From assembly GCA_965660135.1 (NCBI GenBank), contig CBFHYW010000001.1, positions 4,747 through 68,746 on the forward strand: a DNA stretch of 64,000 nt, in the 5' to 3' direction. The position numbers and the translations under genes are program-made. The stretch comes from Opitutales bacterium. GTDB lineage: Bacteria > Verrucomicrobiota > Verrucomicrobiia > Opitutales > Seribacteraceae. The notes beneath the pieces are model-generated. The model worked only from the letters and a program-made list of their open reading frames with translations, did not search any database and was not told where the DNA came from. Shown in pieces: positions 20,589 to 32,000 of the stretch (positions are counted from its first letter, which is position 1; the number at the start of each line of letters is the position of its first letter).

Positions 20589-20870
20589 TTATGGTTTTTT
20601 CTGTTTATCCAACAAGCGACTCAAAGATCTTCCGTCTTCTTTGACAACCTTTTCAGCAATATCCATGATATTGTAGGATTCTTCCTTTAAGGATGCATGA
20701 GCAACTTGGATTGCCGCACGAATCAGTTTGGAATCTGTCTTTATCCTAAGTCCAGTCCTAGACATTACCCTCTCAATGCCGTCAAGCAAAGATAAATCAT
20801 CCTGAGTTAAAGTAATCGTTCGAACAACGCGCTTTGGAATATTTGAATCTGATTTATCGTCCATAATCAT
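20589..20870 (-). CDS. Small ribbon-helix-helix-like DNA-binding protein (putative)
   Basis: Beta strand RVVRTITLT, helix QDDLSLLDGIERVM, turn, helix DSKLIRAAIQVA: CopG/Arc/MetJ-type pattern. Confidence 0.6.
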   Translation of the reverse strand: MIMDDKSDSNIPKRVVRTITLTQDDLSLLDGIERVMSRTGLRIKTDSKLIRAAIQVAHASLKEESYNIMDIAEKVVKEDGRSLSRLLDKQKKP

Positions 20871-20887
20871 TTGTTATCAAATGATTA
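20864..20887. promoter_or_regulatory. Perfect palindrome over the start of the RHH-like gene (candidate operator)
   Basis: TAATCATTTG-TTAT-CAAATGATTA, 10-bp perfect arms. Confidence 0.6.
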
Positions 20888-20950
20888 ATTCTATGTAAAA
20901 CACAAATACTCTAAAACCGCATTTAGGGAATTTAGGCAAAAATCTTTAAA

Positions 20951-21910
20951 TTAAGCAGAAAGCAAGTTTTTCAGAAGACTTTCCAAACTTCGGACATCTG
21001 CAGAAAATTTACGGATTCCTTCTGCAAGTTTTTCGGTGGCCATGGCATCTTCGTTTAATAGAAACCTGAAAATTTGTTCATTTATATCAAGTTTACTAAT
21101 GTTTGAATTCATTGCCTGAACTTCGCTTAATTTTAGTTCAACACTTGAAAAGTCTTGTTGCATTTCTTCGAGTAACTTTGGACCGATAGTTAATAAATCA
21201 CAGCCAACTAATTCTTTAATTTCTCCTGTATTTCTAAAACTAGCCCCCATTACTTCCGTAGGATATCCAAACTTCTTGTAGTAATTGAAAATCTGTATGA
21301 CGGATTGTACACCAGGGTCATCTGCTCCTTCAAAATCCTTATCGAACTTGGCTCGATGCCAATCAAGGATTCGACCAACGAATGGAGAAATCAACTGGGA
21401 ACCGGCTTCTGCACAGGCAACTGCCTGAACAAGAGAAAAAAGCAGGGTCATATTTGTATGAATTCCTTCTTTTTCTAAAACCCTTGAGACCTCAACTCCT
21501 TCCCAAGTTGTTGCCAGTTTAATTAGAATCCGGTCTCGTGCGACACCATTCTGTTCATAAAGAGAAATAATTGAACGAGCTTTTTCTAAACTTGCATTTT
21601 TATCAAAAGACAATCTTGCATCTACTTCAGTAGAAACCCGACCAGGAACCACCTCTAAGATAGATAATCCAAAGCGAACAAGCAGAAGGTCCATGACATT
21701 GTTCAAGTCAGTTATACCATTCTTTTTTGCATCCAAAACAACCTCGTTCACAAGGTTTACGTATTCTTTTTGCTTGGATGCTTTTAGGATCAAACTCGGG
21801 TTCGTAGTAGCATCTCGAGGAGCATACTGTTCGATAGAGGAAAAATCTCCTGTATCCGCAACAACGACAGTGTGTTCCTTTAGCTGATCTAATACAGATT
21901 TACTCATCAA
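20951..21910 (-). CDS. tal: Transaldolase
   Basis: [45 protein letters not shown]. Confidence 0.97.
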   Translation of the reverse strand: MMSKSVLDQLKEHTVVVADTGDFSSIEQYAPRDATTNPSLILKASKQKEYVNLVNEVVLDAKKNGITDLNNVMDLLLVRFGLSILEVVPGRVSTEVDARLSFDKNASLEKARSIISLYEQNGVARDRILIKLATTWEGVEVSRVLEKEGIHTNMTLLFSLVQAVACAEAGSQLISPFVGRILDWHRAKFDKDFEGADDPGVQSVIQIFNYYKKFGYPTEVMGASFRNTGEIKELVGCDLLTIGPKLLEEMQQDFSSVELKLSEVQAMNSNISKLDINEQIFRFLLNEDAMATEKLAEGIRKFSADVRSLESLLKNLLSA

Positions 21911-21942
21911 AAGGGAGAATAAGACAGGCAGAACTGAATAGG

Positions 21943-23016
21943 CTAAGATGCGTTTCTATTTAAGCAGTTCAAATCTTCAAAAGAACGTTTTAACCGCTCA
22001 ACAAAAGCATTTTCTCCACTACGTAACCAAGCCCTTGGGTCGTAGTATTTCTTATTGGGTTTGTCATCGCCTTCAGGATTTCCTAACTGTCCCTGTAAAA
22101 AATCCTTATGCGTGTTGTAATACTCGTGAACCCCATCCCAGAATGACCATTGCATATCAGTATCGAGGTTCATCTTCACAACTCCATAACCTATCGCTTC
22201 ACGAATTTGCTCTCGGGATGATCCAGATCCACCGTGAAAAACAAAATGAATAGGTTGCCCATCTAATCCATGCTTCTCCTTAACATATTCTTGGGAATTT
22301 AACAGTATCTTAGGCGTTAGTTCAACATTCCCTGGTTTGTAAACCCCATGAACATTACCAAAAGCGGCAGCCACAGTAAAACGATTACTGACAGAAGAAA
22401 GAACCTCAAATGCCTGATTAACTTCCTCTGGCTGAGTGTATAATCTAGAACTATCGATGTCAGTATTATCTACACCATCTTCCTCACCTCCGGTAACTCC
22501 CAGTTCAATTTCGATCGTCATGCCGATTTTTTTCATACGCTCGAAATACTCTTTACAAGTATTCAAGTTATCATCGATCGGTTCCTCCGATAAGTCGAGC
22601 ATGTGAGAGCTGTAAAGTGATTTTCCTTTTCTTTCGTAAAATACCTCACCCGCATCCAATAAACCATCAATCCAAGGAAGTAATTTCCGGGCAGCATGGT
22701 CAGTATGAAGAATGACTGGAACATCATAAGCTTCTGCCATCGCATGCACATGCATGGCACCAGAAACCGATCCGGCTATCGCAGCATTCTGATTTTCGTT
22801 GGATAAACTTTTTCCAGCATAAAAAATTCCGCCTCCGTTAGAAAACTGTACCATAACCGGGGAGTTTAATTCTGCTGCAGTTTCAATAACTGCATTTACA
22901 GAATTTGTTCCCACTACATTTACTGCAGGAAGTGCATATTGATTTTCTAGAGCATCATCGAATATCGCTTGTACATCGTCTCCGGTAACTACTCCGCCTT
23001 TGAATTTTTTACTCAT
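21943..23016 (-). CDS. fbaA: Fructose-bisphosphate aldolase class II
   Basis: [37 protein letters not shown]. Confidence 0.97.
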   Translation of the reverse strand: MSKKFKGGVVTGDDVQAIFDDALENQYALPAVNVVGTNSVNAVIETAAELNSPVMVQFSNGGGIFYAGKSLSNENQNAAIAGSVSGAMHVHAMAEAYDVPVILHTDHAARKLLPWIDGLLDAGEVFYERKGKSLYSSHMLDLSEEPIDDNLNTCKEYFERMKKIGMTIEIELGVTGGEEDGVDNTDIDSSRLYTQPEEVNQAFEVLSSVSNRFTVAAAFGNVHGVYKPGNVELTPKILLNSQEYVKEKHGLDGQPIHFVFHGGSGSSREQIREAIGYGVVKMNLDTDMQWSFWDGVHEYYNTHKDFLQGQLGNPEGDDKPNKKYYDPRAWLRSGENAFVERLKRSFEDLNCLNRNAS

Positions 23017-23123
23017 AATATTATTTTTAGTATTAAAATTTCCTACTCTTTTCCCATATCTCTAAGCTACAGGCAAAACTAAAAAACAAACTTAACTTAT
23101 TTTATTAATATTTAATTTCACCA

Positions 23124-23612
23124 CTATTTATTAAGTAATTCGCTCAAATCTCCAGAACCTAGAGCATCTTCAACTTCATCCAGTTTTATAAATGTGGTGC
23201 GTGTATGTGGTAATTTATAGCGTTTGAACACCCCTTTATCCAGAAGGTAATAAAGCTTCCTTGATGAAATTCGTAGAACCTTTGCTGCCTCGGAAATACG
23301 AAGGATTTTAGGAACGGGAGGCTTGCGTAGATCCTTCAAGTGCCCTTCCTGATTACGAACAGAACGCTCAATATCTTCGATTCTTTCGTCCATTAAATCC
23401 AAGCGATCTTTAATTTCATTAAGGGCAAGAAAAATAATTTCATTTTCAATTTCTGTAGAACCTCGAATGCCAAGCTCTTGCTCCTTCTCGTTTCTAAATC
23501 GTACGGCATCTATTCGGCTACGAAAATACTTCCGATGCCGTTTTTTGCGGTAGACCCAAGTGATGCAATGTGGAGATGCGCGTCCACTTGCCAAAGAGTA
23601 AGATACTTTCAT
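23124..23612 (-). CDS. DNA-binding protein with C-terminal excisionase/MerR-like HTH, central coiled coil and basic N-terminal domain
   Basis: ILRISEAAKVLRISSRKLYYLLDKGVF is an HTH_17/Xis-like pattern; start moved to ATG 23612 (MKVSYS), 162 aa. Confidence 0.75.
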   Translation of the reverse strand: MKVSYSLASGRASPHCITWVYRKKRHRKYFRSRIDAVRFRNEKEQELGIRGSTEIENEIIFLALNEIKDRLDLMDERIEDIERSVRNQEGHLKDLRKPPVPKILRISEAAKVLRISSRKLYYLLDKGVFKRYKLPHTRTTFIKLDEVEDALGSGDLSELLNK

Positions 23613-23697
23613 TTTAATTTGAGCATTGAGTTCAAGAAAGTAACCTATAAAAGTATATGTTCCCAAACTACTCAACCCTTAAGAATGATCTGACCTA

Positions 23698-24114
23698 ATG
23701 AGCGATAAGAATTTCCCTGAAGTGATCAAAGAGATTCACACTAAAGATGACCGATTTGGCAAAGGTGCCTATTATTTTGTTCGTGAGGCTCTTGATCATA
23801 CACTTAAAAACCTTGAAAAAGAAAAAATGAAGAACAAGGGGCATGTGTCAGGAAGAGAATTGCTAAATGGCATACGTGATTATGCATTAGATCGTTTTGG
23901 TCCTATGACCATGACATTAATGGAGCACTGGAATATAAAAAAATGCAGAGATTTTGGTGATATCGTTTTTAACTTGGTCGACCATGGTATTCTAGGCAGG
24001 ACTGAAAATGATTCTCTGGATGACTTTGAAGGTGGTTACACATTCAAGGAAGCATTTGAAATTCCTTTTTTGCCCAAGAACTTTGATGGGCAAAAACCTT
24101 CAGATTTAAATTAA
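23698..24114 (+). CDS. Minf_1886-family (Verrucomicrobia/Planctomycetes-restricted) protein
   Basis: AYYFVREALD, HVSGRELL, FGPM, DFGDIVFNLV, DSLDDF. Confidence 0.85.
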   Translation: MSDKNFPEVIKEIHTKDDRFGKGAYYFVREALDHTLKNLEKEKMKNKGHVSGRELLNGIRDYALDRFGPMTMTLMEHWNIKKCRDFGDIVFNLVDHGILGRTENDSLDDFEGGYTFKEAFEIPFLPKNFDGQKPSDLN

Positions 24115-24123
24115 TTTTAATAT

Positions 24124-24354
24124 TCAATTAAGCACAAAAGAATAAATAACATAAACCAGAGCAATAATTCCCAAAGCAGCATACCAGTTTTTAATTCTAG
24201 CTCCATTCTCACCTGTACCAAATGCCCCCCCTTTATAGTTCTCCTCACAGGTATCAACCTTAAGTGAGAGATCAAACTTTGCCCCACAAGCAGGGCAATT
24301 CTTACCATCTTTTGTGTGCCATTCAAAATCGCAATTCCTGCATGTGTTAAACAT
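24124..24354 (-). CDS. Small Zn-ribbon protein with C-terminal TM anchor
   Basis: CRNC-x11-CPAC followed by WYAALGIIALVYVIYSFV. Confidence 0.75.
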   Translation of the reverse strand: MFNTCRNCDFEWHTKDGKNCPACGAKFDLSLKVDTCEENYKGGAFGTGENGARIKNWYAALGIIALVYVIYSFVLN

Positions 24355-24439
24355 GATTTATTTATTAAATGTATGGCATGAATTAACGAGAAAAAACTTG
24401 CTCAATTTCAACTTTTCTAAAGTATATTGTTTTAAGTCT

Positions 24440-25816
24440 ATGGCTAATTATTGTTCAAAATGGATTAATTCCAAAAATTTATTTTTTAGGTTTTTCCCTT
24501 TGTCACTTATCTTTGTTTTTCTGACAAATATTGACAGCGGACTTTTCGCAGGTTCATTAATTACTGAACCTCTTGGTTCGATACAATCCAAAGCATTGAA
24601 CGGCGATGCACATTATCAAGGTGCCCTCGCACTATTTCACAAATTCGGAGAGAGAGGATTGGCTATTGACTTACAAGAAGCCCAAAGGTGGGCAAAGTTA
24701 GCCGCTGAGAAGGAAGGAGCCATTGGGCTTTGTACTCTAGCAGCATTATCCCTGGAAAGCGGCAAAACTAATCGCGGACAATTCCTCTATGATGAAGCTT
24801 ATCTTCATTCCAACCTCCTGGCTCTTGCTAAAAGTAAAGACCCTCTGGCATTATATTGCTTGGGTATGATTGAAATGGACAACCCTCCAAGAAATACCTC
24901 TAAAGCAATTCGTCATCTAGAAGCGTCTGCAGAAAAAGGTTTTGCAACTGCACAAGCAACATTGGGCATGATATACTTTACTGGAATTGGTGTGAAAAAA
25001 AATGCTAGTGAAGCAATTAAATGGTGTTCCCGTGCTGCCAGAGAAAAGCTTCCTTTAGGAATGTTTTATCTAGGTATGGCTTATTCGATTGGTGATGGAG
25101 TGGAAAGAAACGATGATTACTCAATTCGTTGGATTAGAACAGCTGCCGACCGTGAGTTGGTTATGGCACAGCTCACCTTAGGCATGAAATTTGCAACTGG
25201 AGACGGTCTAAACAAGAACTTAGAATATGCAGTTAGCTGGCTACACCGAGCGGCAGCAGGAGGATCAACTGAAGCCAAACTTCAGGTAAGAAAATATGAA
25301 AATCACCTTGAAAGATTAAGGAACCCTCCTGCTAGCTATGTTCCAGACGAGCAAAACAGAGCAATCTCCACTTTGGCAGAGACTAGTCTGCCAACAAAAG
25401 ACTTGAACTCTTCTTTAAGTATGGCATTGAACAAACAACCCAACGATATTAGCGAAGAAGATAAAATAGCATTTGATTCCGTAGATGCAGCTATGGCTTT
25501 ACTCACAATTGATAAGGATACGGAAAAAGCAAAGAATTTACTCGAAAATGTGGCCCTAGATGGAAATCCGATTGCATGCAGGCAATTAGCGATAATAAAT
25601 TACAAGGAAAATAATTTTAAGGATGCTAAAAAATGGTTTGAAAATGGGGCAAAAAAGAACGATCCAGAATCCCTACGTTATATGGGAATACTTTATTTTT
25701 TAGGTCAAGGTGTCGATCAGGATTACCCAGTTGCTAGTTCTTGGCTTACAAAAGCAGCACAAGTTGGAGATTTGGAAGCTACTAGATATTTAAGAATAGT
25801 TGAGCAATTTTATTAA
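24440..25816 (+). CDS. Exported Sel1-like repeat protein
   Basis: Repeats such as AQATLGMIYFTGIGV..A.KW; start moved to ATG 24440 to avoid overlap with the divergent gene. Confidence 0.9.
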   Translation: MANYCSKWINSKNLFFRFFPLSLIFVFLTNIDSGLFAGSLITEPLGSIQSKALNGDAHYQGALALFHKFGERGLAIDLQEAQRWAKLAAEKEGAIGLCTLAALSLESGKTNRGQFLYDEAYLHSNLLALAKSKDPLALYCLGMIEMDNPPRNTSKAIRHLEASAEKGFATAQATLGMIYFTGIGVKKNASEAIKWCSRAAREKLPLGMFYLGMAYSIGDGVERNDDYSIRWIRTAADRELVMAQLTLGMKFATGDGLNKNLEYAVSWLHRAAAGGSTEAKLQVRKYENHLERLRNPPASYVPDEQNRAISTLAETSLPTKDLNSSLSMALNKQPNDISEEDKIAFDSVDAAMALLTIDKDTEKAKNLLENVALDGNPIACRQLAIINYKENNFKDAKKWFENGAKKNDPESLRYMGILYFLGQGVDQDYPVASSWLTKAAQVGDLEATRYLRIVEQFY

Positions 25817-26032
25817 AGTCCTCGACGAAAACGATTTATTAACAAACAAAATACAACCATTTGATCGAAACTAACTTTCTCCCACGTATTTTTAAAGGGA
25901 GAATCTATCATCATATAGTATTGAATTTGTAATGGGCATAATACCCCTTTCCAGCCAAACTTATTTTTCACTCAATGTGTAGGTGCTTATAAGAATATAG
26001 ATTCGGGAATTCAACGATAGAGTAAGTTCTCT

Positions 26033-26090
26033 AAAATAGAAATAATTGAGCTCTTGTTATACAAAGTCGAAATATTATCAAGAACTCAAT
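26033..26090 (-). terminator. Probable intrinsic terminator after the giant coiled-coil gene
   Basis: Transcript AUUGAGUUCUUG..CAAGAGCUCAAU forms a 12-bp stem (one G-U, pairing only on this strand) followed by UAUUUCUAUUUU, 1 nt after the stop; the loop is long. Confidence 0.5.
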
Positions 26091-26091
26091 G

Positions 26092-29000
26092 TTACTCCGC
26101 CCACGCCGCATCTCTTAAATCTAGAGAGATACTATTGCTCCCGGGCTTTAACTGAAAAGGTTTAGACCAGACGATCCCGACCTGCCCAAGTGAAGAAGAA
26201 CCAACAACATAGTAATTACCTGCTTCAATATTCGCTAAATTTGCTTCGCCCATAGAATTAGTTTTTATCCGAGCAAGGCTTCTCGTTGCAAGTGCATTGC
26301 GTATTGCAGAGGCAATACCTGGGAAACGATAGCCTCTTTGAACAGAACGTGCCCAAAGCTCTGCACCACTATCTATTCCCTGACCTGGTGGAATGCGGAT
26401 TCCTGAATTACTTACGATAGATTCTAAATCTTCTTTGACCAAGAAAAATTCAGTAAATCCAGCTGGTCTATTTTTGTTATTCAAAAATTGTACTTGAGCA
26501 CGAAGTTGAATGCTTGAATCTCCTTGAGGGATTTGCTGAATAATAGGGGAAGGAAATGAAGACTGAGTGCGATAGTTATCTATTGTCGAAGTACGGCGAT
26601 TTGGCGACTGCCCCATTCGCTTCGTTGGATTAATCGTAGATTGGTTTTGCTGAGGCAAGTAAGTTGATTGCCTAGCCCCTCCAAAGCTTTTTGAACTAGG
26701 AATTGAAACTCGCATTGTAGATGAGTTTGAACCTTTATTCAGCACACGTATTGCCTCTCGAGCAGCGATGAGGGTACTTTCTAAAGATGATATTCGTTTT
26801 TTTGCATCTGCGAGTTCATTATTTAGTAAACTGACTTTCATATTAGCAGACTGACCTCTCTCTAACACTTCCTGTTTAATACCCAGAGCATCAGATAATT
26901 GACCTTTTAAATCTTCAACACGAGCTCTTTCCTGGTCGAGTTGAATCTGAGCAGTAAGGTTTTTTTGATTTAAATCCCGAATTTTACGATCAAGTTGGTT
27001 ACGGTTAGGAATAGTTTTTGCGATTTGTAATTGTGATTCTAATTGATTAACTTGCTCCCTCAGACGCAACACTTCACCTGAATTATCAATTTTAGATTGA
27101 TTGGAGTTAACAAAAGAAGGCAGTCTTGATGGTACCCCCCTTGCTGTAGATTCTGCTTGGCGTAGCCGATCTTCCAATAAAACAATATTTTGATTTAAGG
27201 ACTGAATCTCATTGAGTGACAAGTTCGCCTTATTAGTTGCCCGTTGCTCAGCATCCTGAGCACTTTGCAACATCCCTTCTAATCGAACAACCTGTGAACG
27301 TAACGCAGCATTATCTGGAGAAACACCGGGTGTTTCTAACTGAGCTTGTGCTAACTTTTCTCTCAACCCGGAAACGCGCGTTTCCTTTTCGCCCAATTGA
27401 ATTCTAAGATTAGCATTTTCCTTAGATAAATTATTAAGTTGTCCTTCAAGCTTTTGCACAACTTGCATATTTTGGTTTCTAACATCTCCCAACATTCTAT
27501 TTTGTAATCTGGTATTTTCCTCCTCAAGTATAGCAACTTGCTCTTTAATCTTACCAAAATCCTCCATAGCCCCCTTAAACTCATCGTTCAATTTGGCACT
27601 GTCATTTTGACTTGATTGCAACTCGAATTGTAATTCTTGGATCTTTGGATTATCCAAATCTCTAACTGCAAGCAAATCCTGCTGAAGAAGAACAAGTTCG
27701 TTTTGCATATCAATAAAACGAGGGTCTTCAGCATAATTTTTCTTTTGGGGTTGAGGGGCGTTTTGAAACTCTGCTAGTAAAAGCTCCATTTCCTTACGTA
27801 ACCCTTCAGAGTTACGAAGGGATTGAGTTAAATTCATTATTCTATCCTCCGCTTGTGCCTCAGCATTTTTAGCACTATCCAAAAGTTTTACTAAGTCTGG
27901 TCGCTGATTTAGGGAATTATTATTTGCCTCCATTTCGAAAAGCCTTGCTTTTGTTTCCTCAAGTTCTGTTTGCATCTCTACACTTTCTGCTACCGCTACT
28001 TGCAATTGTTCCTGTAAATCAGACAGAAGCTTATCTGAATTTACTGATGAAGAATCTTTTTTCGCATCTGCAAGCTTACCTTTCAGCAAATCAACTTCGC
28101 TTTGTAACGATTCTATTTCAGCTTGTGTAAACATTTGGCCATCCTGGGAATCAACTTCCTTTCTCGTTGCAATTTTTTCAGCATTATCAAGCTGTTCTTT
28201 TAAAACAAGCATTTCTTCTTTAATTGAAGCAACAATTTCAAGTTCGGCTTCTTTTTCTGTCATAACTGAAATAGCATTGGTAAGTTCCTCCTCAAGTTCT
28301 TTTTGTTTTAATTCTTTTTCACTTAGCAGCTTTTTTAGTTTTTCAACTACATCTGAATCCCCGCCCCCAACCGAGGGAGATGATGTGGTGTCTTGAACAT
28401 TCAATTCATCCAACTTATTTAAGGCTATGCTTAAATCATCTTCTATTTCCATACGTGCAGCCTCTTCAAACTTTGTTTTAGCTAGCAGTTCTTGAATGGT
28501 TTTCTGGGCAACTTCCAATTCATTATCGAGTCTAAGAATATCTTCAGGATCCTCAACCGAGCTATTCCTCAATTTCCCTTCTGCTATTTCAAGTTTTCTT
28601 TGTAAGGATTCTATTTCAGAACTAATAGAATCCGATAAAACTATTTCTCCATCTTTTTCATCTAGAGCGGATATTGCACTTCTTAATTCAGATTCCAAAA
28701 TTGCTAATTCCTTGTCTTTACCCTCGAGCAAAGATTGTAATCTTCTAACTTCCGCGTCATCTTTACTTCGCAAATTATTTTCTGCGACCTCAAGCTTTTT
28801 TTGTAATGACTCCAACTCCGATCCAACAGAATTAGCTAAACCCATTTCGGCTTCATTTTGATCTAGAGCAGAAATTGCAGTTTGTAATTCAGATTCCAAT
28901 ATTACCTGCTCTTTTTCTTTGGCGGCAAGTAGAGATTTTAGCCTTTGCACTTCTGGCACATCGGATTTCTCTAAATTGTCTAACCTCATCAATGCATCTT

Positions 29001-32000
29001 CCAACTGAGTCTGAATTAGATTTCTTTTAGAATCTTCTGCATCTAAAGCAATTTGCAGACTTGTGATTGTTTCTTCAGCTTTACCTAATTCATTTTCCAA
29101 TAAGAGAATCGCTTCATTCCCGGTCACATTAGCTGTTGTTCGAGCCGAAAGATTTTCAATTTCTGAAAGTCTATTTTGAGCTTCGGTTAATTGATCTTCC
29201 AATTGGGAAACGATAACTAGTTGTTCATCAGCGACACCATTTCCAGAATCATTAGATGAACTTAAAAGCTTTTTCGTATTCAATAACTCCTCCTGCAATG
29301 CTTTCATCTTTAAATCTCTATTGGACTGACTTCCCTCTAAATTATCTAATTTCTGCAAAGCTGTGGCCAACTCGTCCTCAAGTAAAGAAACTGTTTTGTT
29401 CTTAACAAGAGAAGTCTTTGCTAGTGCCTGCTCAAGTTCTTGATTATTCTGCCTTTCATTCGCAAGCTCTTCTTCTAAATCAACCAAGGATAACACGCCT
29501 GCATTTTCCGCAAGAGCACTCCTTTTTTCAAGTTCTGCAATTTGTAGTTGTGATACTCTCAATTGCTCAACCAAATCTGTATTCGATTTTTGGAATTTAA
29601 TGCCCGTGCCCAGTCCTTCATTTCGTAATAACGAAATTTCAGATTCTAAATCCACAGTTTTTTGTTGAAGAGAGGCCTTTTCATTTTCTAATCTCTGCAG
29701 TTCCGTTAATTGAGATTCCATCGCATTTGCAAGTTCACTCCTTAAATTATCCACTTCTAAATTTACTTTCTCGGATTCATCTAAGCTTTCTTGTAAAATT
29801 CTTATTGTTCCAAGTGCTTCTTGCAATTGAGCAACGGCCTGATTTGTTTCAACTGAATCGCCCAACCCAGCTGTCTTCATCCTTGAAATTTCCGTACGAG
29901 CAGCATCCAATTCCTGCTTAAGATCAAGAACTAATTCTTTTGAATCATTTGCATGATCAGATAAATTCTCTTGCTCAGCAAGTAATTGATTTCTCATGTC
30001 CTCAAGTTGAAACTCAAGAGAATTTATTCTTTTCGAGGAATTCTTCTGTTGTTTTTCTCCTTCTTCGAGAGCAAAGACTAGTTCCACTTTAGCTTGGTTT
30101 AATTCTTCTTTAAGAGAGGCGACAACCTGATCCATACTTCCCGATTGAGAATTTTGAGTCATTTTTGTTTGCTCAAGCACAGAATTTAAATCTTCAAGTT
30201 GTCCGGCAATAACTTTCACAACCGCTAATTCTTCTTTTAATTTTTTTGCTTCTTCTTTTGCTTGATTAAGCTCAAGGTCTTTACCTTCCAAATCTATTTC
30301 CCTCCGAGCCAATTGATCGAGGGCACGCTTTTGGCGAACAACCGCAGAATCAAGTTCTATTTGCAAGCCATCAATTAATTCAGAGGCCTTGCTTTGCTCT
30401 GACTCAAAACGATCAGATAAATCTTTAATGCGAGACTCTGATTCAGCAAGATTTCTTTCCATTTCGTCAACGAAAGGAATAGCTGGTAATTTACCAAGAG
30501 AAGCATCCCTCAACGAATTTTGAGCATTTTGAGCATCTTCATCTAACCTTTGAATCGTAGTTGCGTATTCAAATTCCCTACGGGCAATGCTTTCTTTAGT
30601 TTCATCAAATAGAGTTTGTGTCTTCCTTAGCTCAAGATCAGAGATTTTAAGCTTATCTTCAAGAGATGCTACTTTTTCGACCAAACTTTTCATATCTTCT
30701 CGATTGGCGGATTTAGCTTTTTCGACCTCACCTTTAGCAGCATTTAAATCAATCAGTAACTTGTTAACATATTCTGAAGAAGGACGGCGAGTGGAGGAGT
30801 CAGTCACCCCCTCCATAGAACTGCGAAGTTTAACAAGTTGGGCCTCAAGCTCGTCTTTCTCACCTAGTTCAATTTGCATTCTTGTAATTTCACCAAGTGC
30901 TTTTCTCAGTTCGTTTTGTAAGGTTAGATAAGTCTCTTGTGTAGAATCCATAGGAGCCATTTTGGCCATCTGCAATGCACGACGCGCTTCATTCAGTTCA
31001 CGTTCAAGGGTTGCTAAGCGAGTTGAATCCGCACCTGAACTGGTAGCTGCAGCCCTAGCTGCATCCAAATCCCGTCTTGTACGCTCTAATTCATTCGTTA
31101 CAGATCGAATCATGGCATTTGAACGTTCTTGTTCGATCAAAAGCGTTTGGCGGGATGCTCGAAGGTCTTCTCGGGCAAGTTCAAGTTCACTTTCCAACTT
31201 CTTTATCCTGCCACTTACACTTCGGGCTGATGGATATTGCCCATTATCAGTTTGCCAAAGAGAATTTTTCGTTGTTTCTAATTCCTGAACAATCAATTGT
31301 GATTCCTTTAAATTATTTTGAAGAGAAACAATTTCACGGTAAGCTTTACGAAGATCTCCCTGTAAATCGGCAGTATCAGCAGATAACTCAGTTTGAACGG
31401 ACTTTGATACAGCTAATTCCGATTTCAACCGATTGATAACTTCCGTTGGTTCGCTACTTTTAGGAGAACTGTTCGGGACTTGAACAAATGCTGCGTCTGA
31501 ATCAATTGCCGGTGAAAACCGATTAGAAGAACGAAGCGGGACCGCTTCTTTCGACTTAATCGCATCTGCAACTTGGCCAACTTGAGTTGATGAAACTCTT
31601 CTCGGGCTAGATACACTCGGTGGAGATGGTACAGCTTTTACCACCAATTCATTACTTTCTATTTGTATATTTGAATAAGCATTCATTGCTTCACTCAATG
31701 CATTTTCAGAAAGACCTGAGAGCGCATTAACCTCAGTTTCTGAACGGACTAAATTTTGTTGCAGAACATTCAAAGCTGGTGACGCCTCGTCTAATCGACC
31801 GGCAAAATTATCTTTCAAATCTTGAAATATAAGACTTGCTTCGGTTAAACGTTCTTGAATTGAGGATACACCTTGATTGATTTCTGACGATCGGACTTCC
31901 CATCTACTATTAGTCTCATTCAAATTTTTCTGCACAGAACGGGTGGATGGATCATTTTCTCCATACACTGAAATAAGTTGATTTAAATTTCCAGTGGCAG

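Noticed and set aside
25817-26030. Short ORFs and a TTCTCCC..GGGAGAA hairpin between the Sel1 and giant genes
   Set aside because: ORFs are about 33 codons or shorter with no features; the hairpin lacks a U-tract; no ncRNA family recognisable
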